A stretch of DNA of 64,000 nt from Selaginella moellendorffii (GCF_000143415.4 NW_003314326.1:1068268-1132267), one strand, 5' to 3'; shown: positions 50,401 to 63,948, numbered from the stretch's first letter. Translations and numbers: made by a program. Notes: generated by a model not told the origin, from the letters alone.

Positions 50401-53400
50401 ACACCTTCATCATTATTTGGGTCACCACACTCCAATTGTATGCCTTCCAGCTTAGGCTATGCCATTCCCATTTCCATTAGGATTCCTTTGGGAAGGGGTT
50501 CTCATAAATCTACCAACTTGACCTCAAGGCAACACGTTTTGGCACATTCGGTGTCTCTACACCATTGGCTCTACAAGCCACCTTTACGACACTCCCCACT
50601 TGTGTCGGGGTCTTTGCCAAGACTAAAACAATCGTTTCTCATGCCAACTATCAGTTAACATTGCACCATAGTGTTCACACATAACTCTATGCCAAAGTTG
50701 CTTTATTTTGGGGAACACTTTTCCCACGACTTTAGTATGGCACATTTTGCCATTGATGAGATACCCTTTGTTCACATACTTGGATCCTATGATTCCCCCA
50801 TCCTTTGTGGGGTACAACACACTTTAGTCCAAATGCTTCCATCAATCCTTTAGGATTATTCTTTGATTCTATTTAAGTCATCCAGCTTTTTGGACTTTGT
50901 CAATTCGACGACCCATAAAGTCTTATATTTGAGGTGCCAGCTCACTGGAATACAACTTCTTGGACCCAAGACTCACAAGGACCGTTACTCTGACATTTGA
51001 TTTGTTCTCTAGGGGCAACCCTTTTGCCCCTTAGGACCATTTGTCCATGTGATGAGAATACCAACCCATCCTCTAAGTACACCCCCAACTCCTTGGGTTG
51101 TTCTAACATTTATTAGAAGTAGCCCCGACTACCATTTCAAGGACTTATGTCCTTTTCTGACGGTCATCAATTCCAGTCTCAAATTTATAAGCACTAACCT
51201 CAAGATCTCAAAGTCATTCCCTTACTGGCCCTATTCCATCCACCATATTGCGCATAAGTTCACACATGAACTTGAGAGTGGAGAGCCATGTCCTCTCGAC
51301 ATGCTCCTCCTCGAGGATATGTCCATACTTAGGACCTTCCAATTCCAATACAAGTGGTGATATACTTGGCCACCAATAAGAGTTAGATAAAGGAATAGCT
51401 TCGATACCAAATTGTAAGCGACTAATTTTTCCATTCTACTTTAGTCACTTAACCACCTCTTTGATCACTAGGAGGAGTCTCACTCACAACCCCAATTCAA
51501 GATAGGGGGTTGCTACCCCGAGAATGGCGTCCATACCACTCAACCTTTGCACTTGGTCTAAGTGCTCCACGTGTCCAATCCCATGACCAACACCCCAAGG
51601 TACCACTGACATATCAGCCCGTTACGCTAAGGCCATGCCCATTTACCTTGGTCATACCGGTGGTCTGACGCCACCTACATCACAGTGTAAGCGACTAATT
51701 TTTCCATTCTACTTTAGTCACTTAACCACACCTCCGACCACTTGGAGGAATCTTACTCACAACCTTCATAAGTCTTATTTTGGACTTGGGCTTGCTAGCC
51801 TCGAGAATGGCATCTCCGCCACTCAACCTTTGCACTTGGTCCAAGTGCTCCACATGTCCGATCCTGTGACCGACACCCCAAGGTACCACCGACATATCGG
51901 CCCGTTACGCTAAGGCCATGCCCATTCACCTTGGTCACACCGATGGTCTAACGCCACTTGCATCATAGTCCCGTCTCTTAAAGACTAGACCATCCATCTG
52001 TGAGTGATCATCCTAGATCTACTCCTTAGCATCCTTAGGATGTTTGCAGACATGGGGAATAGCCTTCCCCGACAACTCTTTTCCAGTCCCCACCAAGTCC
52101 CTTTTTGTCCATAGCCGTGTTCGCCAACATTGCCACTAGATCAAGGCCCGCAGGCTCGACCTCTAAGTCCCACTATCCTTTAGGACTTCCTCACCATGTG
52201 ACCGTATCCTTGGTCATTGCACTAGATGACTGCTCCTCTTCCCTTTCACCGTTTGGGACTTTGGGACTACATTTCGGAACACCCTGGCCTTACGCAAGCC
52301 TCATGGGTACTCTCCCCACCTTTCGCCTTTAGGTGCTCTAGCCATGGGCTTAGAACGAGATTCCGTTGAGCCACACCAGGTATCCAAGTAAGTAGTGCCA
52401 CCCACACTTGGACTAGGAGCATCGGCCAGTCGATCTCCCGGGGGAACTAGAGCCGGCTCTTGAACACTTCACCAAGCTACCCCGCTTGTTGGTCCGTGTT
52501 CACTCTAGTCTTGGACTTCCCAGTGGGCAGCTCATCACCCAACACTGGGTATAGCCTTCCTGGGCGAAACTGGCCTTTCCTGGCCAAATTGGCTCCACTG
52601 CAGTCCTCCCCCTACTATACTTTTGGAGCTCACCAAACCCCCCAGGGTCTGGGAGACGAACGCTTTGGGCCTTCACCCTCTCAGACTTGAACTCGGACTC
52701 GGACTCGGCCTCAGTCTCGGTCCCGATCTCGGTCCCGGTCTCGGTCTCGACCTCGGACTCCATCTCGGGTCCTTCTCGGACTCCATCTCGGGTCCATCTC
52801 GGACCCCATCTTGGACTCCATCTCGGGTCCATCTCGGACTCAATCTCGGATCCATCTCGGGTCCATCTCGGGTCCACCTCGGACTCCACCTCGGACTCCA
52901 TCTCGGACTCCATCTCGGGTCTGTCTCAAACTCGATCTCGGATCCATCTCGGGTCCATCTCGGGTCCACCTCGGACTCCACCTCGGACTCCACCTCGGAC
53001 TCCATCTCGGACTCCATCTTGGACTCCATCTCGGGTCCGTCTCGAACTCAATCTCGGATCCATCTCGGGTCCATCTCGAGTCCACCTCAGACTCCACCTT
53101 GGACTCCATCTCGGACTCCATCTCGGACACTTTCACGTGTCATGTGTTGGTCCTTTTTGGATCCCTTTTTGGAGCCTCGCTTATTGCTCGCTTCGTGCTT
53201 GTTCCTCGAGCACTTTGTTGGGAGTTCCACTCCTACTCTCAACCTTTCAAGTCGGAGCTTTTAGTCCAAACGTATTACGCTCATTTGGCTTTCGCTTCGG
53301 CCACTACCATGTGGCACCCTTCTGGCTCCACTTTGGGGCCTAGGGATTTTGTGTCTCACACACAGTCCCGTTTCTCAAAGACTAGGTCATCTGTCCATGA

Positions 53401-54440
53401 GTGATCATCCCAGATCCACCCCTTAGCATCCTTAAGATGCCTGCAGACATAGGGAATAGCCTTCCCCAATATCCCTTTTCTGATCCCCACCAAATCCCTT
53501 TCTGCCCATGGCTGTGTTCACCAACACTACCACTAAATTGAGGCCCACAAGCCCGACCACTAAGTCCCACGGTCCTCTGAGACTTCTTCACTATATGACT
53601 GTATCCTTGGTCACTACACTAGAGGACTACTCTTCTTCCTTTCCACAGTCTAGGCCTTTGGGACAACATTTCAGAACACCGTGGCCCTATGCAAGCCTCA
53701 TGGGTACTCTCCCTGCCTTCCACCTTTGGGTGCTCTAGCCATGGGCTTAGAGTGAGGTTCCGTTGAGCTATGTCAGGTATCCAAGTAGGTAGTGCCACCC
53801 ACACTTGGATTGGGAACATCGACCATTCGATCTCCCGGGGGAACTAGAGCTGGCTCTTGAACATTTCACCAAGCTACCCCACTTGTCAGTCCATATTCAC
53901 TTTAGTCTTGGACTTCCCAGTGATCAGCTCATCACCCAACACTAGGTATGGCCTGCCTGGGCCAAACTAGCCTTTCCTGGCCAAACTGGCTCCACTAGGC
54001 TCCAACCCCCACACTCTCCTTACTATACTTTTGGAACCCCCCCACAGCCCCCCCCTCCCCCTGGGGGACGATCGCTTTGGGCTCACTTAACAGCCTGTAT
54101 TAGTATTCGGACTTACTCAAACTTGGACTTGGACACGGTCTCGGTCCCAGTTTTTCGGACTTGGACTTGGTCTTGGTCTCGGTTCCATCTCGAACTCCAT
54201 CTCGGGTCCATCTCGGATCCATCTCAGACTCTATCTCGTGTCCATTTTCTAGAGACTCACTTATCACTCACTTCATGTTTGTTCCTCGAGCGCTTTGTTG
54301 AGAGTTCCACTCTCGCTCTTGCCCTTTCAAGTCGGAGCTTTTAGTCCAAACGTGTTGTGCTCATTTGGCTTTCGCTTCGGCCACTACCACGTGGCACCCT
54401 TTCGGCTCCACCTTGGGGCCTAAGGATTCTATATCTCACA
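47428..54440 (-). mobile_element. LTR retrotransposon family C: truncated LTR 47428 to about 48210, degenerate internal region, LTR 51413-54440
   Basis: Three colinear TGTAAGCGACTA... LTR ends at 47428, 51413 and 51686. PBS reverse complement gcttcgatacca at about 51398-51409. CTCACA terminus at 54440. Confidence 0.8.
51686..53360 (-). mobile_element. Solo LTR of family C inserted inside a same-family LTR
   Basis: TGTAAG...CTCACA termini and a perfect 5-bp TSD CACAG (51681-85 and 53361-65). Confidence 0.9.
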
Positions 54441-55289
54441 ACTCACCCCCCTTCGAGAGATGTCAATGTCCTCATTGACTATTGACTATTGACTCACAGC
54501 ACAGGAAGTTTTCAGAAACCAAACTTGAAACAATTCAATTAAAACAAAATTGACACAACTGGATTCAGCACTTGCCTTGTCAAAAGACAGGTTTTGCAGC
54601 ACACACAAAACAGCTTTGTCTTGCTCCACTGCATCCAAAATTTGGAGAATCAGGTTATGACACCTTGGCAGCCTCTTCTCTATAAGCATCGTTGTACCAA
54701 GAGTCCTAGTGATTGTCCTTGTAGAAGTGTTTCCTTGTGAAGCTCTAGAATCAAAGTTCGTGCTCGAACTACGCTGATATCCAGAGAAACAAGAACATGT
54801 TCTTGAGAGCCATACGTAGCTAGCCAACTGGTAGAGACTTTTGCTGGCTTTTGCTGGATCGGAGAAGCGAGCTTTCAATCTGGGGAGCGTCAAGCGCCGC
54901 AGAGCTTGCAAGTTTCGCGAATGCACGGAAGAGGAGGAACCGAAAGGAACCAAAACTTCCAAGTTCCAGCCTTGAGGTGGCTCTCGGTATGGAAGTGACA
55001 ACCAAATGTTGTCCTCTCTATACACGCTGCTTCATATTTACAACAAGCGGAGATAAGAAGACACCCTCTTCACCAGCATATGACTATTGACTATTGACTA
55101 ACAACCTTTATTGAGCCAAAGGGAACTAGCACTTCCATTTTCACACTGAATTTATCAATCCTTCCATTGTGTAGACTAGTTATTCCATGTGAAGCAACTA
55201 GTCATTCACCTATACCACACTGAATTTATCAATCCTTCAATTGTGTAGACTAGCTATTCCATGTGAGGCAACTAATCATCCACTTGTAC

Positions 55290-55638
55290 TGTAGTCCTAT
55301 AGTGGATACCTTCATCTGTGGATATTCCACCAAAAGGAAGGACATACGCATGGATCCCTAATATGTATGATTTTAAATTTAGGGGTAGAAATATACCTTG
55401 CTCAAGGGTATATTATATTTTTAAGTAGCCACTAATCAATAGGAATCAAACCTGTGCTATTTGCTCTGATACCATATGTAGCACACTCTATCTTTCTCCC
55501 CTTAAGTCAACTGGAAAAGGGGTAATTACTTTATGAGAGAGCTCTTAGTGACTATTTTATCCCCATTTATCCGCCAAGATTCCAAGGATCCACAGTGATA
55601 ATACATCCAAATCTCATTCCATGATCATATGCGCTACA
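55290..55638 (-). mobile_element. Second copy of the TRIM-like element (internal region + PBS + LTR)
   Basis: Colinear with 1490-1843. gctctgatacca is followed by TGTAGCACA...GCGCTACA. Confidence 0.7.
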
Positions 55639-55696
55639 AACTCTCTCGAAAGTCTTGCTCTCTCTTTAGTTGTTTATAATATATTATACTTCCTTA

Positions 55697-56045
55697 CAAG
55701 TTCACACCCTCATGAATGAAAGCTAAAAGCCATAACTCTCTCGAGAGCCCTGCTCTCTTGACACCCTACCCCTCAGATTGAGCCCAACTAGAGATGTTAA
55801 TTTAAACATGTGGTGTGATTTCACTAGCCAACTAATAAAGTTGAACTTAAGACCTTTTTAATTCTAAATATAATCCCATAAATTTGGACTTTCCAAGAAG
55901 TTAATATTATTTAAACCCAAGGACACTTAACCCCAAAAATCCCAAAATCTTTAACTAATTGGAAAAAAGGGTGCACTTTTATTTATGAGTCATTTCCCTT
56001 TATATTAAAACTCTTATGGACCATTTCTCAAATTGTTTTTTTTAG
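55697..56045 (-). repeat. Decayed Cassandra-like internal domain + LTR
   Basis: Colinear with 38002-38320 and 38817-39000. Confidence 0.7.
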
Positions 56046-57486
56046 TCTATGAACAATTACATAGAAATATAAGCCACCCCTAGCCCATCCAACCTAATAG
56101 AACCATAATAGAGGCAATCCATGTGAAAATTTAAATGGAAAGACATTAACAAACTCCTTAAGTACATCCTAGATTGTTCTCCCCCACATGTGGCTTAGTC
56201 CCTTAAATTATGAACAAATAGTAAGTAATTTGAAAGTGGCTTTTTTATCATGACAAACTCACTTTAAAGATGTAATCAAGGGTAAAGAGTAAATTCTTTT
56301 TCCAAACCACATATCCTTGATGCCATTATACTTTAATGAAATGTGCTTAATGCTCCACTTTATCATTAGATTTATAATTGCCTTCCAAGAAAAGATATAT
56401 ATAATAGATTTTCATGAGGTATAAAATCTCTGCAAGTGTGGTTTTGCCAATATTGAAATGTTGTATAAGGGTTGTTGCAGCTTTTACTATGTCCTCATGT
56501 CATGGGGCAAAGAATCTCTGACACACCATTATCATTTACTGAATGATTAAAATTTATTTCTATTGTTCAAGTGGATAAAATTCCATAGATTTATAAAGAG
56601 TTATATGCCTTCAAAAGGGCTACGAAGTCATGCTTCTTAAAACTTTGCTAAAATAAAATTGTTATTCCTCCTATTGTCTAGTAAAATTTATATTGGACCA
56701 CTATATAATACGCCTTCCAACATTAAAACTAATACACGAATGTCCTTAACCTTTGTTTTATTTTATACATAACGATTGAGAGTTTGTTCCTTGGACCAAA
56801 AGAATCTTCCTCATCAATCCTCATGTTGTAAATTTTGCAACTTCTTAATATTTAATTTACCATCATTAAAAAACTAAATATTTTTCTTGCTTTATTGTTT
56901 ATTCTTTAGCTGTGGACAATTAGTCTTGTAATGTTTAAGCTTGCCACATTAATGACAACTTTTGTTTCCACTTAGTTGTTAGTCAAGCCAGCTCAAGTAT
57001 GTCAAAAAAAAAACAAAAAAAAAAAAAACGCTAGCATGCAGGAGCTTGCAAGCACATTTGCTGAGGGATTTCGCTGCAAGCCCCGGGGCTGCTTGACGGC
57101 GAGCATGCTCATGGATGCCACCGTTACCAAGCCCGAAATCTAGCGAGTAAACTGGGTATCGCCTTAACCAGTTGATAGCAGCGCGAATTCTCCTCCTCGC
57201 TCAGGGGCCAGGGGCAGCCATTCCATACGAAAGCTGGTTTGTGCCATGGAGAACACCAAAAGTCACGAAGGCCTGACAAAAACAAGTGAAAGCAACGCCA
57301 CATTAGTTCTCTCCAGCAAGCTCGACGCGTTGCTAGCAACTTAAAAACAAAGACAGCCAGAATTTTAGGATGCCGCTGGGCTGGAAGAAGCATGTAGAGC
57401 TTGGAAGCCTATGACAAAACAAAGATACAGTTAATGACAAAAAATCCTCACCTCATACCCGTTTTTGTTCAGAAGAGAAAATGCAG

Positions 57487-59405
57487 TCACAGCTTTGAGA
57501 CGGGCATTGTCATTTGGACGAGCTCTCTCCTCAAGATTTTCCCGGATGCAGACTTTGGAATCGCATCAATAAACATCACTTTGCGAACTTTTTTGTAGGG
57601 AGCCACCTGACAGAACAAGAGAAACAAGTGTAAACGAATCGCAGACAAGGATTTGGACACAATACTTGGTCGGAGACAAACTTCATGACACCCTGCCCGT
57701 CCAGGCTGCATCCTTGCTTACGAACAATAACAGCCAGTGGTACTTGACCCGCCTCTTCATCAGGAAACCTGGTAAAGCCATAAACAATCAAACTATAGAA
57801 AACTTTTGCCTGCTTACGGTATAACAGCGGCGTCTACAACTTGTGAGTGTGACAACAGCAAAGCTTCCAATTCTGCTGGCGCAACCTGCCAAGAACACCA
57901 AACATGTATAAAATAATCAATCGCCTTCTCTGTGCTTTACCTGGAAGCCTTTGTACTTGATAAGTTCTTTGATGCGATCCACAACGTAGAGATTTCCACT
58001 GTCATCAAAGTATCCCAGGTCCCCAGTGTGCAGCCAGCCTTCGGCATCCACGGTCTCTGCCGTGGCCTTGGGATTGTTTAAATACCCTGCACAGGTCAAC
58101 AGCTAGAGACAAGCGAATAAAACACAGACCAAAGATGTTTACCATCCATGATCGTCGGACCATGAATCCAAATCTCTCCCTGTTGATTTGGAGGTAATGG
58201 ACGTCCACTTCCAACGTCAATCACTTTCGCGAGCGTGTTTGATGAGAGAAGTCCCGCGGAGCCATAGTGTTCTAGATCATCCGGGTCTGCCACAGAAGCA
58301 ATAGCAGTGGATTCCGTCAAACCATACCCCTGACACAAAAGAACCAAAGCAAAAAAAGAACCATTTGAACAAACAGACCAAAACGTAGAAAAGCGCGTGT
58401 GCTTACCTGCCGGACTTTGACATCTGGAAATCTCTCGAGGCACGCGTTGATCACTTCTCTCCCAAGTGGAGCAGCCCCGGATCCAATCTCCCTCAGCGAC
58501 GACAGATCAAACGCTTTCACGGCCGGGGACTTGCCGAGCGCGATGACAATCGGAGGCACCAGCGGTACGTGGGTGATCTTAAACCTCTGGATCGCTCCAA
58601 GCATGGCCTCAAAGTCGAACGACGGCATGACGACGATGGGAACACCCCGGCTGAGCTGCGTATACGTGACGATCACGAGCCCAAACACGTGAAACATCGG
58701 AATGACGCAGAGATAGACCTCGCCCGGCTCGACATCTGGCCCCGACGCTGCGTGGAGCGCCGCGGCAGCGATGAGATTCCTGTGCGTGAGCACCACCCCT
58801 TTGCTCGTCCCCGTGGTCCCGGACGAATACAAGAGCGCGGCCGGGTCCCCGACAGAAATCTCTGGAAACGCGAAGCCATCCACCTCGTCCACGAGCAAAT
58901 CCCTGAGAGAAGCTTGCGAATTGTTGCTCCTCTGGAGGCCGGGGGCGCCATCCATGAGCACAGTGGGCAGTCCCAATCCCGTCACCTTTTCCGCCAGCGC
59001 TAGAACAGTCACGACAAACTTGGAATCTGAATCCACCGCTTGCTTGGCGACCTCGCGGGAAGTATTTACCGGATTCACGGTCGTGACCACGGCGCCGAGG
59101 ATCGCCACGCCCAGGACAACGACTGGATACTCGAGAGAATTCGGGGAGAGCAGCATCACGACATCGCCCTGGCGCACGCCGAATCCCCGGAGCCCCGCGG
59201 CGAGCGATATTGCGCGATGCTCGAGCTCCCTGGCCGACATTGCGGCTCCGGAAGGAGAATCGATGAGCGCCGGGCGCTGACCGTGGGATTTGGAAGAGAA
59301 GAGAAAGTGCGCGATGCTGGAGCTGCGAATTTGCGAGAGATCCACTTGAGGGCGCGAGCTGCTGTAGACGCCGTCGGCATAGCGCAATCCTCCTCCTCCC
59401 GCCAT
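57487..59405 (-). CDS. 4-coumarate:CoA ligase-like acyl-CoA synthetase, peroxisomal (PTS1 SKL)
   Basis: Exons 59405-58407, 58329-58143, 58087-57941, 57885-57818, 57768-57666 and 57606-57487. Motifs [60 protein letters not shown]. The C-terminus is SKL. Confidence 0.92.
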
Positions 59406-59495
59406 CGCCACAACAGCGTAGCACCCAGCTTAGGGTTTTTCTTCCACGCTCAAGCTCATAACCAAAAAAAACATATGGAGCTTTTCTTATTTCTA

Positions 59496-61732
59496 TCACA
59501 AATGTCTCTGGAGCAAATCGCCACGTAGAATTTTTCCCGAGCCTGTCTTTGGAATCTCGTCTACGAATAACACTTGTTGTACCTTCTTGTATGGAGTAAC
59601 CTGGAAGAAAATCGAGACAGAGAGAGAGCTCTTAGAATCCTCAAAGAAGAATCTGATAGAAGAATTAGCATGAACTTACTCTCTCAGCTAGGAACTCCTT
59701 CACTCGGTTCTCGGTGAGATTACCATCCGGAGATTGTACAACAAATGCTACTGGAACTTGCCCCGCCTTCTCACCCGGAGCTCTGCCAAGAGAAACGAGA
59801 AAAAGAGATCACCATCAGAAGCAAGAACTTGGAGAAATGACAATGCATGGGAGCCTCGCGGGGAGGAAGAGGAGATTTCGAAATCTTACGGGACAACTGC
59901 AGCATCTACTATGCAAGGGTGGGAAAGCAAAATCGCTTCTAGCTCGACTGGAGCAACCTGAGGAAACGGGGAATTCTCTCTCGTGACTTACTGCTCTCTA
60001 AACTCAAAAAGAAGGAGACACATACCTGGTGAGACTTGTCCTTGATCCGATCAATGACGAACATTCTACCTTCTTCGTCGAAACTCACGAGGTCGCCAGT
60101 GCTCAGCCAACCATCTCGATCCAAAGTCTCGTCAACACCTTTGAAGTAGCCTGCATCGAAAGGAAAAGATGAGATGAGAGATGAGAGAAAAGTCAAGTGA
60201 TGTGGTTACAGGAAGAACACCACGAACCTTTCATGACGTTTGGTCCACGGACATGAAGCTCTCCTTGGTTATTTGGACCCAAAGGCTCTTTATCGCCATT
60301 CAGGATCTTGGCCTCGATTCCAGAGAGAAGAGTACCGACAGAGTCTGGGAATTGATCTTCTTTCAGATTATTCAGTGCCACTGCTCCGGTGGCCTCTGTC
60401 AATCCATAAACCTGAAACGAAAAATCAGCAAACAAAGAAGAAGGAAAGAGTGAGAAACAATGATCGAGCTCTTACCTGAACAAAGGAAGCATCGGGAACT
60501 TGCTTGCAGAACTCCTCGATCACTTCCTTGCGCAGGGGAGCTCCACCGCACAGAACACGTTGAAGAGAACTAAAACTACCTGGGGAAGTACTTGTCGTCA
60601 TTATCTTGAGAAGGCCCGCGATGGTGTTAGGAAGCGCGTAGAGGTGAGTGACTTTGTGAGCCGAGATCAAGTTTGGAGCGTCGTTCATGTCGAGCTTGGG
60701 CATCACCACCACCGTAGCTCCTCTGTACAACTGCTGGAGCGTGATCACCACCAAGCCAAACACATGAGACATCGGCAGACAGCACAGATGCGTCCCTGCG
60801 TCCGTCTCTCCGAGCACCGAGAGCTGGAGTAACTGGGCGATGATGTTCTTGTGGCTTAGCACCACCCCTTTGCTCGGCCCTGTAGTTCCGGCAGAGTAGA
60901 GCACGAGAGCCGGATCGTCCTGGCTGATCTTCGTCTCTGGAGCGCTGCTGCACGAAGGATCCGACGCCAGGAGATCCGAAAAGGCAACCTCCGTGGAGCC
61001 AACTTTGATCTTGTCGCCCTTCTCGATGATCACCAGTGGCACCCCGAGCTCCGCCACCTTGTCCACGAACTCCTCCTCCACGATGACGAACCGAGCTCCC
61101 GCTGCCTCGGCCTGTTTCTTCGCCTCCGCGGCCGACGTCAGTGGATTGAGCGTCGCGAGAACTCCTCCCACCGATGTGGTCGCCAGGAATGCCACTGGAT
61201 AGTGGACGGAGTTCCGGGACACGAGCATCACCACATCTCCCTGACGGACACCGATACTGACCAGCCCCAGCTCCACCGAGCAGATCGCGTGCTGGAGCTG
61301 CGAGTAAGTTATGGTGTGGCCGGTCTTCGCATCGATCAGCGCCGGCTTGTCCGCGAGATTGTCCTTGCCGCTCATCACGAATGTGGTGACGTCCATGCAC
61401 GGATCCTCGGGCATCTTGAGCGGCGGGCGGGCGCTGGAATACGTGCCAGTGGCGGGGCTGTATGGCGCTGGCGCCGGCGCCGCATTGATGCATTCCTCCG
61501 CCGCGGCCGATCCAAGAGTCGTGCCCGTGCAGAGATTCCTCCGCAGCGCAATGCCGCCGGGTTGAAAACCTAGAAATCTTGCCACCGCGCCATGGCGGGG
61601 TGCGAGAGGAGGAGATCCCTGCTCCGCCGTGGAGAAAGAGGGGAGATTAAGACTAGCACCTGCGACGATGCTCTGGCGCCTCCAATTCGCGACGCCGGAT
61701 GCGCAGCGCCGAAGAACACCGGATCGCGCCAT
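59496..61732 (-). CDS. Divergent 4CL-like acyl-CoA synthetase with an N-terminal organellar transit-peptide-like extension
   Basis: LYSAGTTGPSKGV, QVYGLTEA, GELHVRG, GWLSTGD, VAPVELEA, IPKTGSGKILR across GT-AG introns at positions equivalent to the neighbouring gene. Arg/Ser/Ala-rich N-terminus. Stop at 59496-98. Confidence 0.85.
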
Positions 61733-62301
61733 AGCCGAGCACTCCCTCTTGGCGCTCCTCTTCTTCGGTCCCGGAGTGGCGATCGAGGGTTCGACGACCT
61801 ATTGCGGGAAAGCCATGGCTTAATAAAATTTGGCTTTGTGGATAAGATCGGCCCTTCCGGGTGTCAAGCGATGACGGGCTCGACGGGCCCAGTGCGCGTG
61901 TGCTGGCGGCTTGTGAAATGGCGGCTGACGGTCGCGGCCACCCTTCTTTCTTTGACAAGCGTATCGCTATCCTTTACTTTCGAAACATAGAATATTCTCG
62001 TACCAGTTTTCGAGTCTGTAGGATATTCTCCTGCAAGTTTATCGAAACATGGCATATTCCCGCCAACGGCAAAAGATACTAGTATCATAGTTAACTTAAG
62101 CTGTGATTATAGCGACGCTTTGTGATCGAGGAGGTAAAGAGACATGCGCCAGCTACTTAAACGACTCTTGTGGCTCGAGCTTTTGTTTGTTCGAAGAGGA
62201 AAAACGATGGCATGGATCACGACGGCATTGGTCCTGGCCTTGATTCTGGTGGGCAACTCTCAAAACTTTGAAGGTTTTGTGGGATTTTGAAGAATCTGGC
62301 A

Positions 62302-62857
62302 ATGCAGTTGCAGGTTCCGGCAACAGTAGATGGGAGCCAGTCTTTTATGTGGGGTGGAGCAGCGGGCGACGAATTCAGCGATGGAATGTCGAGAGGGATC
62401 AGACTGATCCAATTGAGGCACGGCAACCGGATCGACATGATCAAAGTCGGCTACGATCAAGACGGCTCTCGAATAACTGGCGGCCAGCACGGAGGCAACG
62501 GAGGAGGCAAAGTCCAGGTAGAACAAAAAAGAAGAAAGAGCACTCACATTGTCTAATTCCGTACACAATATTGTCTAATTCGTACATGTCATGTAGGTGG
62601 CTCTGGATTTTCCCGACGAGTATCTCTTTCAGGTGTCGGGGACGTTTGACCAGACGATCAATTCGCTCATCTTCTTCACTCGCAGGAAAAGCAACGACGA
62701 GAGGAAGCAGTACGGCCCGTTTGGGAAAATGCACGGCAATTTTTTCCGGAGCGGGGCGGGTAGGATTGTGGGGTTTTTCGGGAGAGCTGGGAAGTATTTG
62801 GATGCGGTGGGAGTTTACTACGAAGAACCTTGCAGGAATCGCAGCTTGGGGTCATGA
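62302..62857 (+). CDS. Jacalin-related lectin (single domain)
   Basis: WGG..GDEFSDG, QHGGNGG, intron 62518-62596, LDFPDEYL..VSG, YGPFG, GRIVGFFGRAGKYLDAVGVY. The start codon is uncertain. Confidence 0.88.
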
Positions 62858-62948
62858 TCTCATTGAGTTTTTTCATGAAAGTTTTTTAACAGAAACATGG
62901 GCAAGAGATTTAAACCGCATTAAACGGAAGAGTTAGATCTTTGAGCAG

Positions 62949-63029
62949 TGTTGAGAGTGGGATTCGAACCCACGCCCTTGCGGACCAGAACCTTAATCTG
63001 GCGCCTTAGACCAACTCGGCCATCTCAAC
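62949..63029 (-). tRNA. tRNA-Leu(AAG)
   Basis: GTTGAGATGGCCGAGTTGGTCTAAGGCGCCAGATTAAGGTTCTGGTCCGCAAGGGCGTGGGTTCGAATCCCACTCTCAACA folds as a cloverleaf with a long variable arm and anticodon AAG. Confidence 0.96.
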
Positions 63030-63887
63030 TTTTTGTCTAAGGTTACTTTCACGTCATTGTGCCAAATTTTGTGGATGCAAAGATCCTGTCATGGGTGTCA
63101 ATCTAGTGATGGATAGGATTGGAACCACCCAGGACATTCCTCTCCAGACATTTCTTCTTGCCACCATAATTGATCACAAGCATGTGTTGAAACAACAATC
63201 CCTCACCAGGCCCGGCAGTGAGGGATTCCTCCAGAGAATCTGGGGATGAAGAGGGAGTGTCCTTGATAATTGCTTTCCTGCAGGCCAAAGCTGTAGAGCT
63301 CTTGAGGCAGTGGCGAATAGGGATCAAAGCTTTGCTGAGCTGGAGATGAGCCAATTTGCCTCTCATAGTCCTCACACACCTTCATGATGTTGCTCAGGAA
63401 CTGCTTTGGTTCACTTGGAACTTGTCTTCACAAGTATGGTGTTGGTTTACAACATGAATAGAAAAGAAAATGGTCTATTGATGAAAACATGTAAAAAAGA
63501 TGGAAAATAAGAAGGATTGATAAGGCAATGGCTATAGAAAATCAATGAAAAAACCAGTGAAGTCATAATGCATTTTTAGCATCTTATGTTCATAACGATT
63601 TTGGTCACACATCAAAGTAATATGAGTTATAATGGGATGAACTTGCAAAAAACTGAAAATAAATTAGTGACTAAAAATATAACATCCCATTGGGGAAACC
63701 ATTCTACTTTACTAATAAATTTACTACAGGGATGAAAAAAAATGCAAAACTTCTTCGTGCATTCGACAAAGGCAAAGAAGAAAAGTTTTATATACAATTA
63801 TTGTGAAGACTTTGCCTGTGATTATCCTTTAAAAAAGGTAGTTATTGTGGCAGGACAGTAAGAACAAGATCATTAATATGGCAGAAT

Positions 63888-63894
63888 TATATAC

Positions 63895-63927
<33 letters not shown>

Positions 63928-63948
63928 TATATACACACACACACACAC

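Noticed and set aside
52500-53404. Several overlapping ORFs of 100-218 aa on both strands
   Set aside because: Artefacts of a stop-free 6/12-bp tandem repeat (ctcggactccat) inside an LTR. The same applies to 1928-2222 and 30388-30612.
58399-61990. Long alternative-frame and antisense ORFs (58609-59499, 60627-61493 and others)
   Set aside because: Shadows of GC-rich 4CL-like exons.
63103-63385. Two short overlapping minus-strand ORFs near the tRNA
   Set aside because: No recognisable domain or supportable exon structure.
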